A stretch of 64,000 nucleotides of DNA from a phage. A program made the position numbers and the translations under genes. Location: assembly GCA_024682255.1 (NCBI GenBank), contig GCA_024682255.1_4716.1, one strand, 5' to 3'. The notes under the pieces are model-generated. The model had not been told where the DNA came from. It made no database searches and saw only the letters and a program-made list of their open reading frames with translations. Shown here in pieces: positions 19,142 through 28,721 of the stretch. Numbering within the stretch: the first letter of the stretch is position 1; each line of letters opens with the position of its first letter.

Positions 19142-19600
19142 TTACCCCTTAGCTCCTTCTTCGTCTGGAGAGTATTCCATCGTGTAGAATTCATAACCAT
19201 CGGAAAACTTGAGTGTTAATGTAATAGGGAAATCGCACGGCATAGCTGATTTCGTAAATGCGTTATTAGCAACATCAGCCAACCGACGTATAGCATCGGT
19301 CCCGCTGACGCTGAACGGTAGTTGTATGTTGATAAGGATACGACGCTTGTAAACATAGAAAACAACGGTACTGTCGAGATAAACGCTATGGAACGGTATT
19401 GTTGGGATGCGTTCCACAATGGTAAAATACGTCCCGTCATTATCGCTATGCCCCATCGACCAAATATCGGATTTGCGTAGATTTTGTTTGAGGGATTCGA
19501 TACTTCGAGTGACGGTCTCAGCAACAGGCGTGACGTAAGTGTCTCTATGCGAGTCGAAAAGTTCGTTGACGTTAGATTCGAATGAATACATTGTTGCCAT
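19142..19600 (-). CDS. small hypothetical protein (152 aa), paralog of 19667..20161
   Basis: ATG with GAGGT upstream; C-terminus FPITLTLKFSDGYEFYTMEYSPDEE resembles MPVILTINGHDGSGLFEFHYDPDNE of the neighbouring gene. Confidence 0.6.
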   Translation of the reverse strand: MATMYSFESNVNELFDSHRDTYVTPVAETVTRSIESLKQNLRKSDIWSMGHSDNDGTYFTIVERIPTIPFHSVYLDSTVVFYVYKRRILINIQLPFSVSGTDAIRRLADVANNAFTKSAMPCDFPITLTLKFSDGYEFYTMEYSPDEEGAKG

Positions 19601-19626
19601 TTTCTACCTCAATAGTTTAACCGGCA

Positions 19627-19652
19627 CGTGTCCCCACCTAACAAGGGACACG
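19627..19652 (-). terminator. hairpin (CGTGTCCC / GGGACACG)
   Basis: Perfect 8-bp stem, 10-nt loop, between two small genes. Confidence 0.45.
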
Positions 19653-19666
19653 ATATCATCGATTAA

Positions 19667-20161
19667 TTACTCTTCTGTGTTTTCATTGTCAGGATCGTAG
19701 TGGAATTCGAACAGCCCTGAACCGTCGTGCCCGTTGATTGTTAGTATAACGGGCATATCGAATCCTCGGACGCGCGAATGAAAACACTGTGCTAATTTGA
19801 GTTTGGCGTATGCCACTATTTCATTGACGGCAATGCACGACTCACCTGTTATACTCAGTATAACGTCGATACTAACAATGTTGTCGTGCAACGCAAAACG
19901 CCAGCGATCGATACGATTATTATCTTTAGCAGGTGTCTCGTTTACGAGATAGACTTTATCGTCAACCGACAAAGCGGGACTCCAGCAACGTTCGTTTATT
20001 AAATTCGCCTGGAGTTTTAGTATCGTCTGATCAATAATATCCCAACACGCAACCAGCGTGGCGTCAGACACTGAATTGAGAAGGGTGAGTACTTTATCCT
20101 TTATTTTAAGTGCTTCCGCAGGACGCCCGCAAATACCATGCATTTCAACTTTCTTATTCAT
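19667..20161 (-). CDS. small hypothetical protein (~164 aa), paralog of 19142..19600
   Basis: Start set to the first ATG (third codon of the track frame); shared C-terminal motif with the previous gene. Confidence 0.55.
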   Translation of the reverse strand: MNKKVEMHGICGRPAEALKIKDKVLTLLNSVSDATLVACWDIIDQTILKLQANLINERCWSPALSVDDKVYLVNETPAKDNNRIDRWRFALHDNIVSIDVILSITGESCIAVNEIVAYAKLKLAQCFHSRVRGFDMPVILTINGHDGSGLFEFHYDPDNENTEE

Positions 20162-20206
20162 ATTCACTTCTTTCTTAATCTAAATGTTAGTTGGGGGATG
20201 GGATGC

Positions 20207-20809
20207 TTACATGCTTTCTAGCATATTGACGATCATGGAACCCATACCGAAACTCGGTCTCTCACCGATATACTCAGCAAGTTGACGGTGTACGTCTTTT
20301 GGATTTCCTTCTTCACCGTCAGCATCGATGTAGACCGAAAAAGAAACCGAATCGGAATCCACGCTGATAACCAGACGACGTTCATTGCGTTCCTTGAGCG
20401 TGTCGACGATAGATGCTTTCAGTACCGGGATCGCATTCATCGCGTGCAAGATATCTCCATCAGGTCTCGCCAGATCGATCTTTTCTTTCAGGTCGATATT
20501 GATGTTGGTTACAATTGGGTTGAGGTCGACCTTGACATAATCGTTGGGATACATGCGAATAATCGCACGATCGATATCTGAACCGTAAAAGTCAACACGT
20601 GGCTTTAACACCTCTTTGTTTGGATCCATGTTTTCATCCATACCCGCCTGCAAGAAACGTTCTACGTTATCCAGTTCACGATAAACTGACGCTTCGATTT
20701 CTTTCAGATAGTTGGCTGCGGTTTCATGTTCTTTACGTAGCTCGTCTTTAAGGAGCTGTACGGTGGTTTCACTGGAACGAATGCTGTTCGCGAATTGGGT
20801 AATTGACAT
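20207..20809 (-). CDS. hypothetical protein (~200 aa)
   Basis: Track frame starts at a TTG; internal ATG (MSITQF...) has AAGGA 8 nt upstream; contains VYIDADGEEG similar to VYIDCDG in the next gene. Confidence 0.55.
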   Translation of the reverse strand: MSITQFANSIRSSETTVQLLKDELRKEHETAANYLKEIEASVYRELDNVERFLQAGMDENMDPNKEVLKPRVDFYGSDIDRAIIRMYPNDYVKVDLNPIVTNINIDLKEKIDLARPDGDILHAMNAIPVLKASIVDTLKERNERRLVISVDSDSVSFSVYIDADGEEGNPKDVHRQLAEYIGERPSFGMGSMIVNMLESM

Positions 20810-20863
20810 ATCGAATTCCTTAAATTCTCTTGAGTTCAATTGATGATGAAAAGCTGTAAAAAA

Positions 20864-20881
20864 GGTGGGGCGAACCCCACC
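20864..20881 (-). terminator. rho-independent terminator (GGTGGGG-CGAA-CCCCACC)
   Basis: 7-bp stem with CGAA tetraloop followed on minus strand by TTTTTTACAGCTTTT; just after the gene ending at 20907. Confidence 0.65.
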
Positions 20882-20906
20882 AAAACGTCAGACACACGCA
20901 GGAAAA

Positions 20907-21332
20907 TTAATTCAGTGACGCATATAAGGCATAACGACTGTAGATTTCAACCGCCGGTCCGTTATGCGTTAACAGACCATCCCGGTTGTAATACTGGAAA
21001 AATGAATAACGTTTGTCGAAGTGATAAACAAAAGCAATGTCTTTGCCGTCAAAACCTGTGATGCGTGGTCTGTTTTTATCTAGCAATGCTTTAACTTTTA
21101 ACAGTGTTGCCGCACGTGCTTTAACGTTAGGGATCAAGCCATCACAATCGATATAAACAGTGTAACCTGTTTCAGATGTTGCGACGGTCGTATTGCGATT
21201 GACGCGGAAGATTTTTGTTTCGTATGTACTATCTTCAAGAATTGGGTTTTGTTTTTCGTATTTTCGTTTACGCAGAAATTCTACAACGGTGATATAGTTA
21301 GCGGTAATATGCCCGGTTATAGCTTGTAACAT
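20907..21332 (-). CDS. small hypothetical protein (141 aa)
   Basis: ATG with AAGGA upstream inside a conserved upstream element duplicated at 48937. Confidence 0.6.
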   Translation of the reverse strand: MLQAITGHITANYITVVEFLRKRKYEKQNPILEDSTYETKIFRVNRNTTVATSETGYTVYIDCDGLIPNVKARAATLLKVKALLDKNRPRITGFDGKDIAFVYHFDKRYSFFQYYNRDGLLTHNGPAVEIYSRYALYASLN

Positions 21333-21364
21333 CTCGACATCCTTTTATATTGGATTGATTGCAA
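21333..21364 (-). promoter_or_regulatory. conserved ~32-nt upstream element (copy 1)
   Basis: gacatccttttatattggattg core shared almost exactly with 48937..48968; contains TATAAAAGGA just 5' of the start codon. Confidence 0.4.
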
Positions 21365-21504
21365 TTGTCTTAAATAGATGATAAGATATTTTGCTCTTAT
21401 CACTAAGGTAACGCTTACGCGTCGCGTTCATGATGCATGGCATCATGAAGGTAATGTAGTCGTGAAATAAACTGCGTTAACACGAAATAAAAAACAGCAT
21501 AGAA

Positions 21505-21536
21505 CCCTCTCCCAACCCGTAAGGGAAGGGAGAGGG
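21505..21536 (-). terminator. two-tier hairpin terminator, exact 32-nt copy of 28673..28704
   Basis: ccctctccc-aacccgtaagggaa-gggagaggg; followed on minus strand by a T-run (TGTTTTTTATTT). Confidence 0.65.
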
Positions 21537-21549
21537 AATATTAAAATTG

Positions 21550-22005
21550 TCACTTTATATTGAACGCTTTTCGCAACGCATTAAGAACTAAATTAATTTC
21601 TTGCGCTTGTAACTTTAATCCCTGTGCTGAGCCATCAAACCCAAGCCAACGCCATACAAGGCATTTTACAGGTTTGTTGCTATCGTCGATACTATATGTG
21701 ATCTCCAGTGTACTTTGATACGCGTAGTCACCATGTGTTTTCAGTGACTGATTGAAATAAATATCAAATGCTTCTTCTATAGCCTGTTTACCGCGATCGT
21801 TACAAACAAACGCGATGTATCCGTCGGAATATCCAACTTCCTCTGGATGTCCTTGGCAGGAGAAAATACTGATGGCGTCTTGCTGAGCAAGATTGAACAC
21901 CGTGAAGAAATCACCAAATAAAGGATCGAGATTTAATGCGTTGTTATCGATAAGGTTCCTTACCGCTTTACGGTATTCTCCCAGACTATTGTTCGCTGTA
22001 AACAT
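21550..22005 (-). CDS. small hypothetical protein (151 aa)
   Basis: ATG with AAAGG upstream. Confidence 0.6.
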   Translation of the reverse strand: MFTANNSLGEYRKAVRNLIDNNALNLDPLFGDFFTVFNLAQQDAISIFSCQGHPEEVGYSDGYIAFVCNDRGKQAIEEAFDIYFNQSLKTHGDYAYQSTLEITYSIDDSNKPVKCLVWRWLGFDGSAQGLKLQAQEINLVLNALRKAFNIK

Positions 22006-22015
22006 TCTTTTACCT

Positions 22016-22417
22016 TTAAATATCGTGGATAGCGGTGCCGTTTAGCCAACAATACAACTTAATGCGACACGGATAGCGATTCGTAGCCAAGAGCAGTTCA
22101 TCGCGTAAACGCTGGTAGATTTCATCCTGGTGTTCGCGATCAATGGGGTAATCGGCCCAACATTCGATCATGACGTCACCATTCGTCAGAATCGTCGTAC
22201 GCATCCTGTCCTGGATACGGCGGTCTTTCCCGGCATTAGGGAAATACATTCCTTCGGTACGAATAAGGTCGCCGCAGGGCATGACTAACCATTCGTTCGT
22301 TTTGCCGGTATTCTTATAATCCATTACAGCTTGCATTGCGGTGTCAACGCTAAAAGAAACATAATTCCAAACGGATGTCCAACGATAGATTGCGGGTTGT
22401 TCGAGTGTTTCGTTCAT
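22016..22417 (-). CDS. small hypothetical protein (133 aa)
   Basis: ATG start; 10-nt gap to downstream gene. Confidence 0.55.
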   Translation of the reverse strand: MNETLEQPAIYRWTSVWNYVSFSVDTAMQAVMDYKNTGKTNEWLVMPCGDLIRTEGMYFPNAGKDRRIQDRMRTTILTNGDVMIECWADYPIDREHQDEIYQRLRDELLLATNRYPCRIKLYCWLNGTAIHDI

Positions 22418-22471
22418 GGAGTGCTTGTCCTATTTTTATTTTCTGCACAGGATAAATTCAACGGCATAAAG

Positions 22472-22503
22472 CCCTTCCCTGCCCTTATATGGGGCGGGAA
22501 GAG
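22472..22503 (-). terminator. imperfect hairpin (CCCTTCCCTGCCC / GGGGCGGGAAGAG)
   Basis: GC-rich bulged stem downstream of the gene ending at 22632. Confidence 0.35.
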
Positions 22504-22631
22504 TTTATGACCGCAATGAGAATCTCTCACGACAAGCTCACGACGATTATCGCATCACCCCGCGAGTGAGGGAGATCAGGATCACCTCCTACGTCGTAAC
22601 GACAGTAATCCCGTTAACGCCACCTTAGGCA

Positions 22632-23258
22632 TTATGCAAAGCGACGCATGTAACCTGCCAGATAGTTACGCGTATCGAAGTAAGCAATTTCAGGAATTGC
22701 GATGTTAAGGTCGATAGCGCGGATTTCAACTTGGCGACGGCTTTCATCATAGATCGCATCCATCAGACGCAGTACTGTCAGGAAAGCCATGCGGGTATGG
22801 TAGTCCAGCGGCATGTTGTCGATACCGCGATACAGATAACGGTTTGCGTTAAATGCCCCTTCGCTGTTATCTTTCCAGATCTTCAGAATATCAGCAAAGG
22901 CGGTGCGGAAAACCTCAGGATTATCCACATCCAGTAACGCACGGAAGGCAGACATTAAAGACCGCTGATGGCGGATCAACGACTGCGGCGTTTGCGGCAT
23001 GGTTGGACCCATTTCTTCCGCATATTTCTGGAACGGGGCAACCAGGGTTGCGGCACGAGAAGCCACGATAGAAACAGCAGGCGATTCTTTCACCGCTGGT
23101 TTCGCAGGCTTTTCTTCAACAACGGTTTCCTTCTTCTCAACAGCGACCGTTTCCGGCTGTGCTACAACATCACTAACCGGAGCATCTGCAACGGTGGTTT
23201 CTACCGCAGTAATCTCCTCGTCCATTTTTGCAGAACGTTGGTCTTTATTCTTGCTCAT
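22632..23258 (-). CDS. hypothetical protein (208 aa) with low-complexity E/K/P/V-rich N-terminus
   Basis: ATG with AAGGA 8 nt upstream. Confidence 0.6.
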   Translation of the reverse strand: MSKNKDQRSAKMDEEITAVETTVADAPVSDVVAQPETVAVEKKETVVEEKPAKPAVKESPAVSIVASRAATLVAPFQKYAEEMGPTMPQTPQSLIRHQRSLMSAFRALLDVDNPEVFRTAFADILKIWKDNSEGAFNANRYLYRGIDNMPLDYHTRMAFLTVLRLMDAIYDESRRQVEIRAIDLNIAIPEIAYFDTRNYLAGYMRRFA

Positions 23259-23283
23259 GTTTATTTCCTTTTGTTTAACAAGG

Positions 23284-24585
23284 TTAACTAATATAAAGTT
23301 CAGGATCGTAAGGCGCTAACGATACACTGGCGTTATGCATTGCTTTCATCATAGTGTTCATGAAAACGTTGTTTACACCGGTGATCTCTGCCCCGATCGC
23401 ATCTGGGGTTGGAGCCATCGCGTTACCGCAACAGGTAGCACAGTATTCCAATGGGCCTGCTTTACAACGTTGAGGATCACGTAACTTGATGGTCTGTCCT
23501 TCCAAGGAAGCGAGTAATTCAGCATCAATAAGTTTAAGCGCCGCGCCGTCGATCATGTAACGGCCGACAAGCAGCTTATCTTTGATGTGGTCGCGGTTTA
23601 CCGTGAACAGAATATGTTCGTGGGTACCACAGTCGTCCATCGTGATTTTAAGGTTCTGTGTCGCACGTTGCGATTCTTTCGCCGTCTGTCCAGCTAAAGC
23701 GGTCAACGCACCACGTGAGAACGAACCAGCACGTGCGCTGTTGTTGTACTCCGCCCAATGGTCGACACGCATCCCTTCAGCCAGGCTGTGTGTGATAACG
23801 TTACGTTTACCGGGGTCAACGAAGTCGGCTTCAACCCCCATCATGATGTGCGTTTTCTTTCGAGTATTACCGAAACTCTTGCCTGGGTTAATATAGAACC
23901 CTTCCGATTCATCGCCCTTAAAGGATTCCTTATCCATTTTGGTTAGCGTGGCTTCGAGTTTGATCAGTTCTTCAGGCGTGAACTTACCTTCCTCTTGTAA
24001 GCGTGCTAACTCTTTATCGCGATAGGCAATAATATCATCATCGACCGTTAACGCTTTATCGCTCATCGATGGGACAATTAAACGGTTGATAGCGGTTAAC
24101 GCACTGATATTGTTGGTGAATTTCTTCACTTCGCTTGCGTACAGCGGGCCAATAGGACGTTCGTTAGGATCGGGTATTCCCTCTTCGGGATCGTCAGCTA
24201 CGCGTGGCGCAATCAGTGACTCCAGTGTGCCGCTGGTCAACCGTCCTGCCTGGTATTCAATCTGAATACCGAAAGCATCATAAAGGACGTACATATTGAA
24301 CAGAGCTTCGCCGAAGGTTGTGGTGGTTGTGTTCTTAACCGACGGTAGATCGCCAGGTGCGAGCTCCAATGGCTCCCAGAAACTCAACAAGGGTTTTGTT
24401 GGCTCGGTTTCCCATTGGTGTTCTTCACCGTCGATGGTAACCGTAACGACGTTACCTTGACGACGTAATTTAGGCTGATACTTCTCAGCGCCGCCTTCCG
24501 TAAAAGCAAATGCGTCGTTAATCCATTCAAGATAACGGTAGTGCCCTTCACGCATCGCGTAAAGGAAATATTCACGAGGTGTCAT
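23284..24585 (-). CDS. hypothetical protein (433 aa) with C-terminal Cys cluster
   Basis: ATG with AAGGAG upstream; C-terminal CKAGPLEYCATCCGN may bind metal; no catalytic motif recognised. Confidence 0.6.
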   Translation of the reverse strand: MTPREYFLYAMREGHYRYLEWINDAFAFTEGGAEKYQPKLRRQGNVVTVTIDGEEHQWETEPTKPLLSFWEPLELAPGDLPSVKNTTTTTFGEALFNMYVLYDAFGIQIEYQAGRLTSGTLESLIAPRVADDPEEGIPDPNERPIGPLYASEVKKFTNNISALTAINRLIVPSMSDKALTVDDDIIAYRDKELARLQEEGKFTPEELIKLEATLTKMDKESFKGDESEGFYINPGKSFGNTRKKTHIMMGVEADFVDPGKRNVITHSLAEGMRVDHWAEYNNSARAGSFSRGALTALAGQTAKESQRATQNLKITMDDCGTHEHILFTVNRDHIKDKLLVGRYMIDGAALKLIDAELLASLEGQTIKLRDPQRCKAGPLEYCATCCGNAMAPTPDAIGAEITGVNNVFMNTMMKAMHNASVSLAPYDPELYIS

Positions 24586-24598
24586 GTAACAACTCCTT

Positions 24599-25471
24599 TT
24601 AAACCCGGGTCAGGTCACCGTGACGTGAAACGAACTCTGATAACGCTCGGGTTGCTTCTTTGGATTCTTCAGCCATCGGGAAGTTTGCGGTAATAAGTTC
24701 TCGTAAGACAGGGACGAGTTCGTTATCTTCGAGATCAGAAGCTAAAGCGAATGCAATCAGTTCTTGGGTGTATGCATACGGTTGCTGACGTAATGCAGTA
24801 AGCTGATCCCGACACTGCGACATTAGCAGGTCCAGTGGAACCGCTATCGTACCCCCTTCATCAATATACTGGCTGAACACCGGTGGGAACGCATCGCTGA
24901 TGACACGAATACGTCGACGAATATGATCCGGAATCTGGACGTTTTCTTCGTCGACGACGTTTTCGCTATCTTTCTCCAGCTTCTTGGTCAGTACCTGTTG
25001 AATGCGTGGGAGTAAGCTTGAATGTACGAAACCGATTAATGGGGTTACATTCGCAGCATCGACGCCGTAAATGTGACGCGTACATTCTGCTAACGCTTCA
25101 GCTGCGGTGTAGTCTTCATCTTCAACGATAGCAAGTAGAAAAGCGGTATCGTCGTGTGTTTCCAGGTCTAATAACGTAGACGCTAGCGCATGAAGATATT
25201 TCAGGCTATCCAGCGATAGCTGTCCTTCGTTAATTCGGATCCCGAAGGCAAGCAATTGTTGTTTATAAAGTTCGATACATCCGTTTGTTAAAATGATGTC
25301 TAATTCGTTTAAATCGTATTGTTCCCCAGCACCTGACAACATCGTACTGCAGAACGTTTCCAGTTGTTCACATTTAAAATCTTGGTATAAACGATGCGTG
25401 CAGTGCTGTAACAGCGTACGCCTTGTTTCAGGGATCTTACCTTCTAACAAAGCCAAGACGGAATCAATCAT
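24599..25471 (-). CDS. acidic Leu-rich hypothetical protein (~290 aa)
   Basis: First ATG is the third codon of the track frame, with GGAG 6 nt upstream. Confidence 0.55.
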   Translation of the reverse strand: MIDSVLALLEGKIPETRRTLLQHCTHRLYQDFKCEQLETFCSTMLSGAGEQYDLNELDIILTNGCIELYKQQLLAFGIRINEGQLSLDSLKYLHALASTLLDLETHDDTAFLLAIVEDEDYTAAEALAECTRHIYGVDAANVTPLIGFVHSSLLPRIQQVLTKKLEKDSENVVDEENVQIPDHIRRRIRVISDAFPPVFSQYIDEGGTIAVPLDLLMSQCRDQLTALRQQPYAYTQELIAFALASDLEDNELVPVLRELITANFPMAEESKEATRALSEFVSRHGDLTRV

Positions 25472-25567
25472 ATCCACTCCGATGCGGTAAATGTCTACTA
25501 GCTCTCATAATCTATTGAAGAAACTACCAGCTTACGCCAACTTAGATTAATCAGGAGTAACCATCCC

Positions 25568-26041
25568 ATGCCAGTTTCATCCAAACCAAGAAAAAAATCC
25601 GTAGGAAACCCTAAAGCTCAGGAAACAACAGCAATTCGTTGGGACGAGTTACGTGAACCTATCGAAAACTGCGAATTGTTATTAGGTACCCTGGGTGCGG
25701 CTATTTACCAAGCGACGCAGCCCTGTCGTTTACGATTAACCCAAAACAAACGTGATGAGTTCGTTGCGTTATCAACAAGCACGAATAAAGATCTGACCGA
25801 ACTTCAAACCGAATTGACGACGATCAAGAACTCCATTACGCCGATGTACGGTAAAGAAGTTGATGAACAAAGTATTCTGTTACAGTACAACTACGGGATG
25901 TCGTTAATGAACATCCTGGAACGCGCATCCGATATTCTGCGTCCTGACGTTGCACGCCTGAGCCAACTGCGTGTTGAAGGGATGGAGAACCAGATCCGAT
26001 TCGCTAACAGCGTTAAATCTCAAGGAGCCACCGAAGCATGA
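25568..26041 (+). CDS. hypothetical protein (157 aa)
   Basis: ATG with AGGAG upstream; stop overlaps next start (ATGA). Confidence 0.6.
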   Translation: MPVSSKPRKKSVGNPKAQETTAIRWDELREPIENCELLLGTLGAAIYQATQPCRLRLTQNKRDEFVALSTSTNKDLTELQTELTTIKNSITPMYGKEVDEQSILLQYNYGMSLMNILERASDILRPDVARLSQLRVEGMENQIRFANSVKSQGATEA

Positions 26042-27723
26042 GCGAACAAGAAAAAGAAGTCGTGACGAATCAGGAAGCCGTTGAGCGTTCAGAGTCGTCT
26101 GTTGAAACAACGATTCCGGCAAGTTCCGAGCCTGTTGGTTCCGTACAGCAGGAAAGTAAAGACGAAGTCAACACTACTAAAGAAGATGTAGTGGCTCCAG
26201 AAGCAACCCGTGAAGAAGAACCGTCACATCCACCGCTAATCGATTTCTCGAAGGCGACGATACGTTTCCAATGCGAAGACATTCGTCCTAAGAGTCCGAA
26301 GAAAACAAAACGTCAGCCGTTGGTGTTACCGTTATATTCTCCGCGTGTGCAGACAACGTATTACCGGGAATACATCAACGAAGCAATGGATACCGTGCAA
26401 GCCATTGTCGCTCAACGCGGTAAACCGACAGACGAACAGTTTGATAAATTCAGTAAAGCGGTGGTGCAATCGGTTGCTGATGGACAATATCATCCGCGTG
26501 GTCCAGCTCACGATCGCGCGTTGGAACGTAAAGGCAGTCAGTGGACTAACGTACCCGTAGACTCATCGGGTGTTGGTCGCGTTATTCCTGGCATTCCGCA
26601 ACCGAACCATATTCCTGATGATGTCGAAGCGCCGCTGACAGGAACCGATGCGATCTATTTTGCTATCCGTAATACGAAATCAGGCGCACCTGCGGTAATG
26701 CCGTTATGGCATAGCGGTATTAAGCTGCAGTTCAATCCGCCGTCAAATGAACGTGTTGCAATTATGCACGAACGTATTGCACGCGATAAAATCCTGGGTG
26801 GTCGTGATAGCACCGGTTTCCTGTTTTCGGCAACCTCGATTATCACCATGAAGCACGCAATCGAATTAGCGTTAGAATGCTGTTACATGGCCAACGTACC
26901 GAACCTGGATATCCAGCGTTTGAAAGACATTATTCCGGTTACCGATGTTCCGGCGTTGTTGTTGAACGTGCTGGTAACCATGTATCCGTACGGGTATCCT
27001 TACGTACAGACCTGCTATCAGAATCCAGAAACCTGCGACTATCGTGTCGAAGATACCGTAAGCTTTGCGAAGCTCTATCAAGTTGACAACAGCGCAATTA
27101 CCAAACGTATGCGACAGATCATGACCGAAGGTCCGGTCATGACAGATGAACTTTTGCGTGAGTATGCGAACGAGCTGGGTGAAACGAACTCCCGTACGCT
27201 GGATCTGTCCGACAACGGTTCTGTTATCATTGAACTCGAAGTACCGAAGATCTCACGACAAATCGCCATGGGTGAACGTTGGTTAAGCGATACGCTGGAA
27301 GATCTGCGTGATATTCTATCGCGTCCGTCGATGACCGAAGAAGAGCGTGATCGTGTTATTCGTGAACGTCAGTTCTATAGCTGGATGCGTCAGTATGATG
27401 CGTGGATCAAATCGATGCATGTGTCGGTAAACGGTACCATGCGTCGTGTAAGCGATGCAGATACGGCAACGGTATTAGCACAGCTGTCTCGTGACAGCGA
27501 CCTTCGTGAACGCTATATCGATGGGCTGATGCAATTCATCGGTGATTCGACGATTGCGCTCGCAGCGATGCCTGCCTGGAAATGTCCGAAATGTAATGCC
27601 GATATTGCTGACAATCTGCGTGACCAGAAATACTACGATCTGATTGCTTTGGATGTACCCCAGCTTTTTTTTACCCTAAACTCCGTCCAATCTCTTCAGG
27701 AGGGGATGGACGCGGTATTCTAA
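26038..27723 (+). CDS. hypothetical protein (561 aa)
   Basis: Long ORF coupled to the upstream gene; C-terminal WKCPKCNA may be a zinc-ribbon-like element. Confidence 0.6.
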   Translation: MSEQEKEVVTNQEAVERSESSVETTIPASSEPVGSVQQESKDEVNTTKEDVVAPEATREEEPSHPPLIDFSKATIRFQCEDIRPKSPKKTKRQPLVLPLYSPRVQTTYYREYINEAMDTVQAIVAQRGKPTDEQFDKFSKAVVQSVADGQYHPRGPAHDRALERKGSQWTNVPVDSSGVGRVIPGIPQPNHIPDDVEAPLTGTDAIYFAIRNTKSGAPAVMPLWHSGIKLQFNPPSNERVAIMHERIARDKILGGRDSTGFLFSATSIITMKHAIELALECCYMANVPNLDIQRLKDIIPVTDVPALLLNVLVTMYPYGYPYVQTCYQNPETCDYRVEDTVSFAKLYQVDNSAITKRMRQIMTEGPVMTDELLREYANELGETNSRTLDLSDNGSVIIELEVPKISRQIAMGERWLSDTLEDLRDILSRPSMTEEERDRVIRERQFYSWMRQYDAWIKSMHVSVNGTMRRVSDADTATVLAQLSRDSDLRERYIDGLMQFIGDSTIALAAMPAWKCPKCNADIADNLRDQKYYDLIALDVPQLFFTLNSVQSLQEGMDAVF

Positions 27724-27815
27724 TCGATCCGCGATACGGGTTACATGACGGACAACTTGTTCGTAATGATGAAAAAATCTGGGAATTGCTGTTAGCGCGT
27801 AAAGGCGATGGTGGC

Positions 27816-28145
27816 ATGAAACTGAACATCGAAATGGGTATAGCGTACGATACCATGTTTGGTTTGTACGACCGCGTTAACGAATGGACACCGTTGAAAT
27901 GGGTGGCTCAGCATCCCGCTGAAGATCCCTGGGACAGATTAGGGATTAAACCCTTAATCGAGGATTATGTTCGATTCGGTATTAAAGAGTTCATGACGCT
28001 GGATGCGTTTTTAAAAGCACCGTATCCTTACGCGCAAACGGTACTCAAAATCGCACAAGACGAACTGCGGAAACGTAGTGCGGTACTGGACGACGATGAG
28101 GACAAGTTACGACGAGAAGAAGAACGTTTACGAAACGGAAAATAA
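27816..28145 (+). CDS. small hypothetical protein (~109 aa)
   Basis: Track frame starts at a TTG at 27786; first ATG at 27816; start uncertain. Confidence 0.45.
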   Translation: MKLNIEMGIAYDTMFGLYDRVNEWTPLKWVAQHPAEDPWDRLGIKPLIEDYVRFGIKEFMTLDAFLKAPYPYAQTVLKIAQDELRKRSAVLDDDEDKLRREEERLRNGK

Positions 28146-28146
28146 A

Positions 28147-28656
28147 ATGGCGAGATTTACCAGTTTGATTGGGTTGGATATTTGGGAAACACCGGCTGAC
28201 GTTCGGGTTATTCCTGTTAACACCGTCGGTGTGATGGGACGTGGTCTTGCTAAGCAGGCAGCCGATCGTGTGCCCGGTCTTCTTGAAGCGTACCGTAAGC
28301 AATGTCAAGATGGGTTTAAGGTGGGAGAAGTCGTGTCATATCAACACGGTGATAACGATCAACTCACTTACGTGCTGTTTCCATCAAAATCGGATTGGCG
28401 TGAAAGAACACGACGCGAGTATATCGTTAACGGTTTACTGGCGTTAAAAGCGTGGTTATTGGAGCTTCAGTTCGAAAGAGACGGCTTCTCATATCGGCGT
28501 CCGGCTGAACCGCTGATCGTTGCAATTCCTCCGGTTGGTTCTGGCTGCGGTAATATCGGCTACGGACAATCCGAAACAATCCAGCCTCAATGGGTACGCG
28601 CACAAATCAAACAGTATCTTGCCACCGTGCCAAACGTTCATTTCTACTTGTTCTAA
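28147..28656 (+). CDS. macro-domain-like (ADP-ribose-binding fold) protein, putative ADP-ribosyl hydrolase
   Basis: Two glycine-rich loops in macro-domain order and spacing: VIPVNTVGVMGRGLA and IVAIPPVGSGCGNIG; ATG one nt after the preceding TAA. Confidence 0.5.
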   Translation: MARFTSLIGLDIWETPADVRVIPVNTVGVMGRGLAKQAADRVPGLLEAYRKQCQDGFKVGEVVSYQHGDNDQLTYVLFPSKSDWRERTRREYIVNGLLALKAWLLELQFERDGFSYRRPAEPLIVAIPPVGSGCGNIGYGQSETIQPQWVRAQIKQYLATVPNVHFYLF

Positions 28657-28672
28657 TGTAAAGGTAACATAA

Positions 28673-28704
28673 CCCTCTCCCAACCCGTAAGGGAAGGGAG
28701 AGGG
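28673..28704. terminator. bidirectional two-tier hairpin, exact copy of 21505..21536
   Basis: Identical 32-nt ccctctcccaacccgtaagggaagggagaggg between convergent genes ending at 28656 and 28722. Confidence 0.6.
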
Positions 28705-28721
28705 CTTATGCTGTTATGCTG

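Noticed and set aside
23284-24585. Considered whether the 433-aa protein is a fragment of a phage multisubunit RNA polymerase (beta or beta-prime)
   Set aside because: No NADFDGD, bridge-helix or RHGNKGV-type motif could be found by eye; only a Cys cluster is present, so left as hypothetical.
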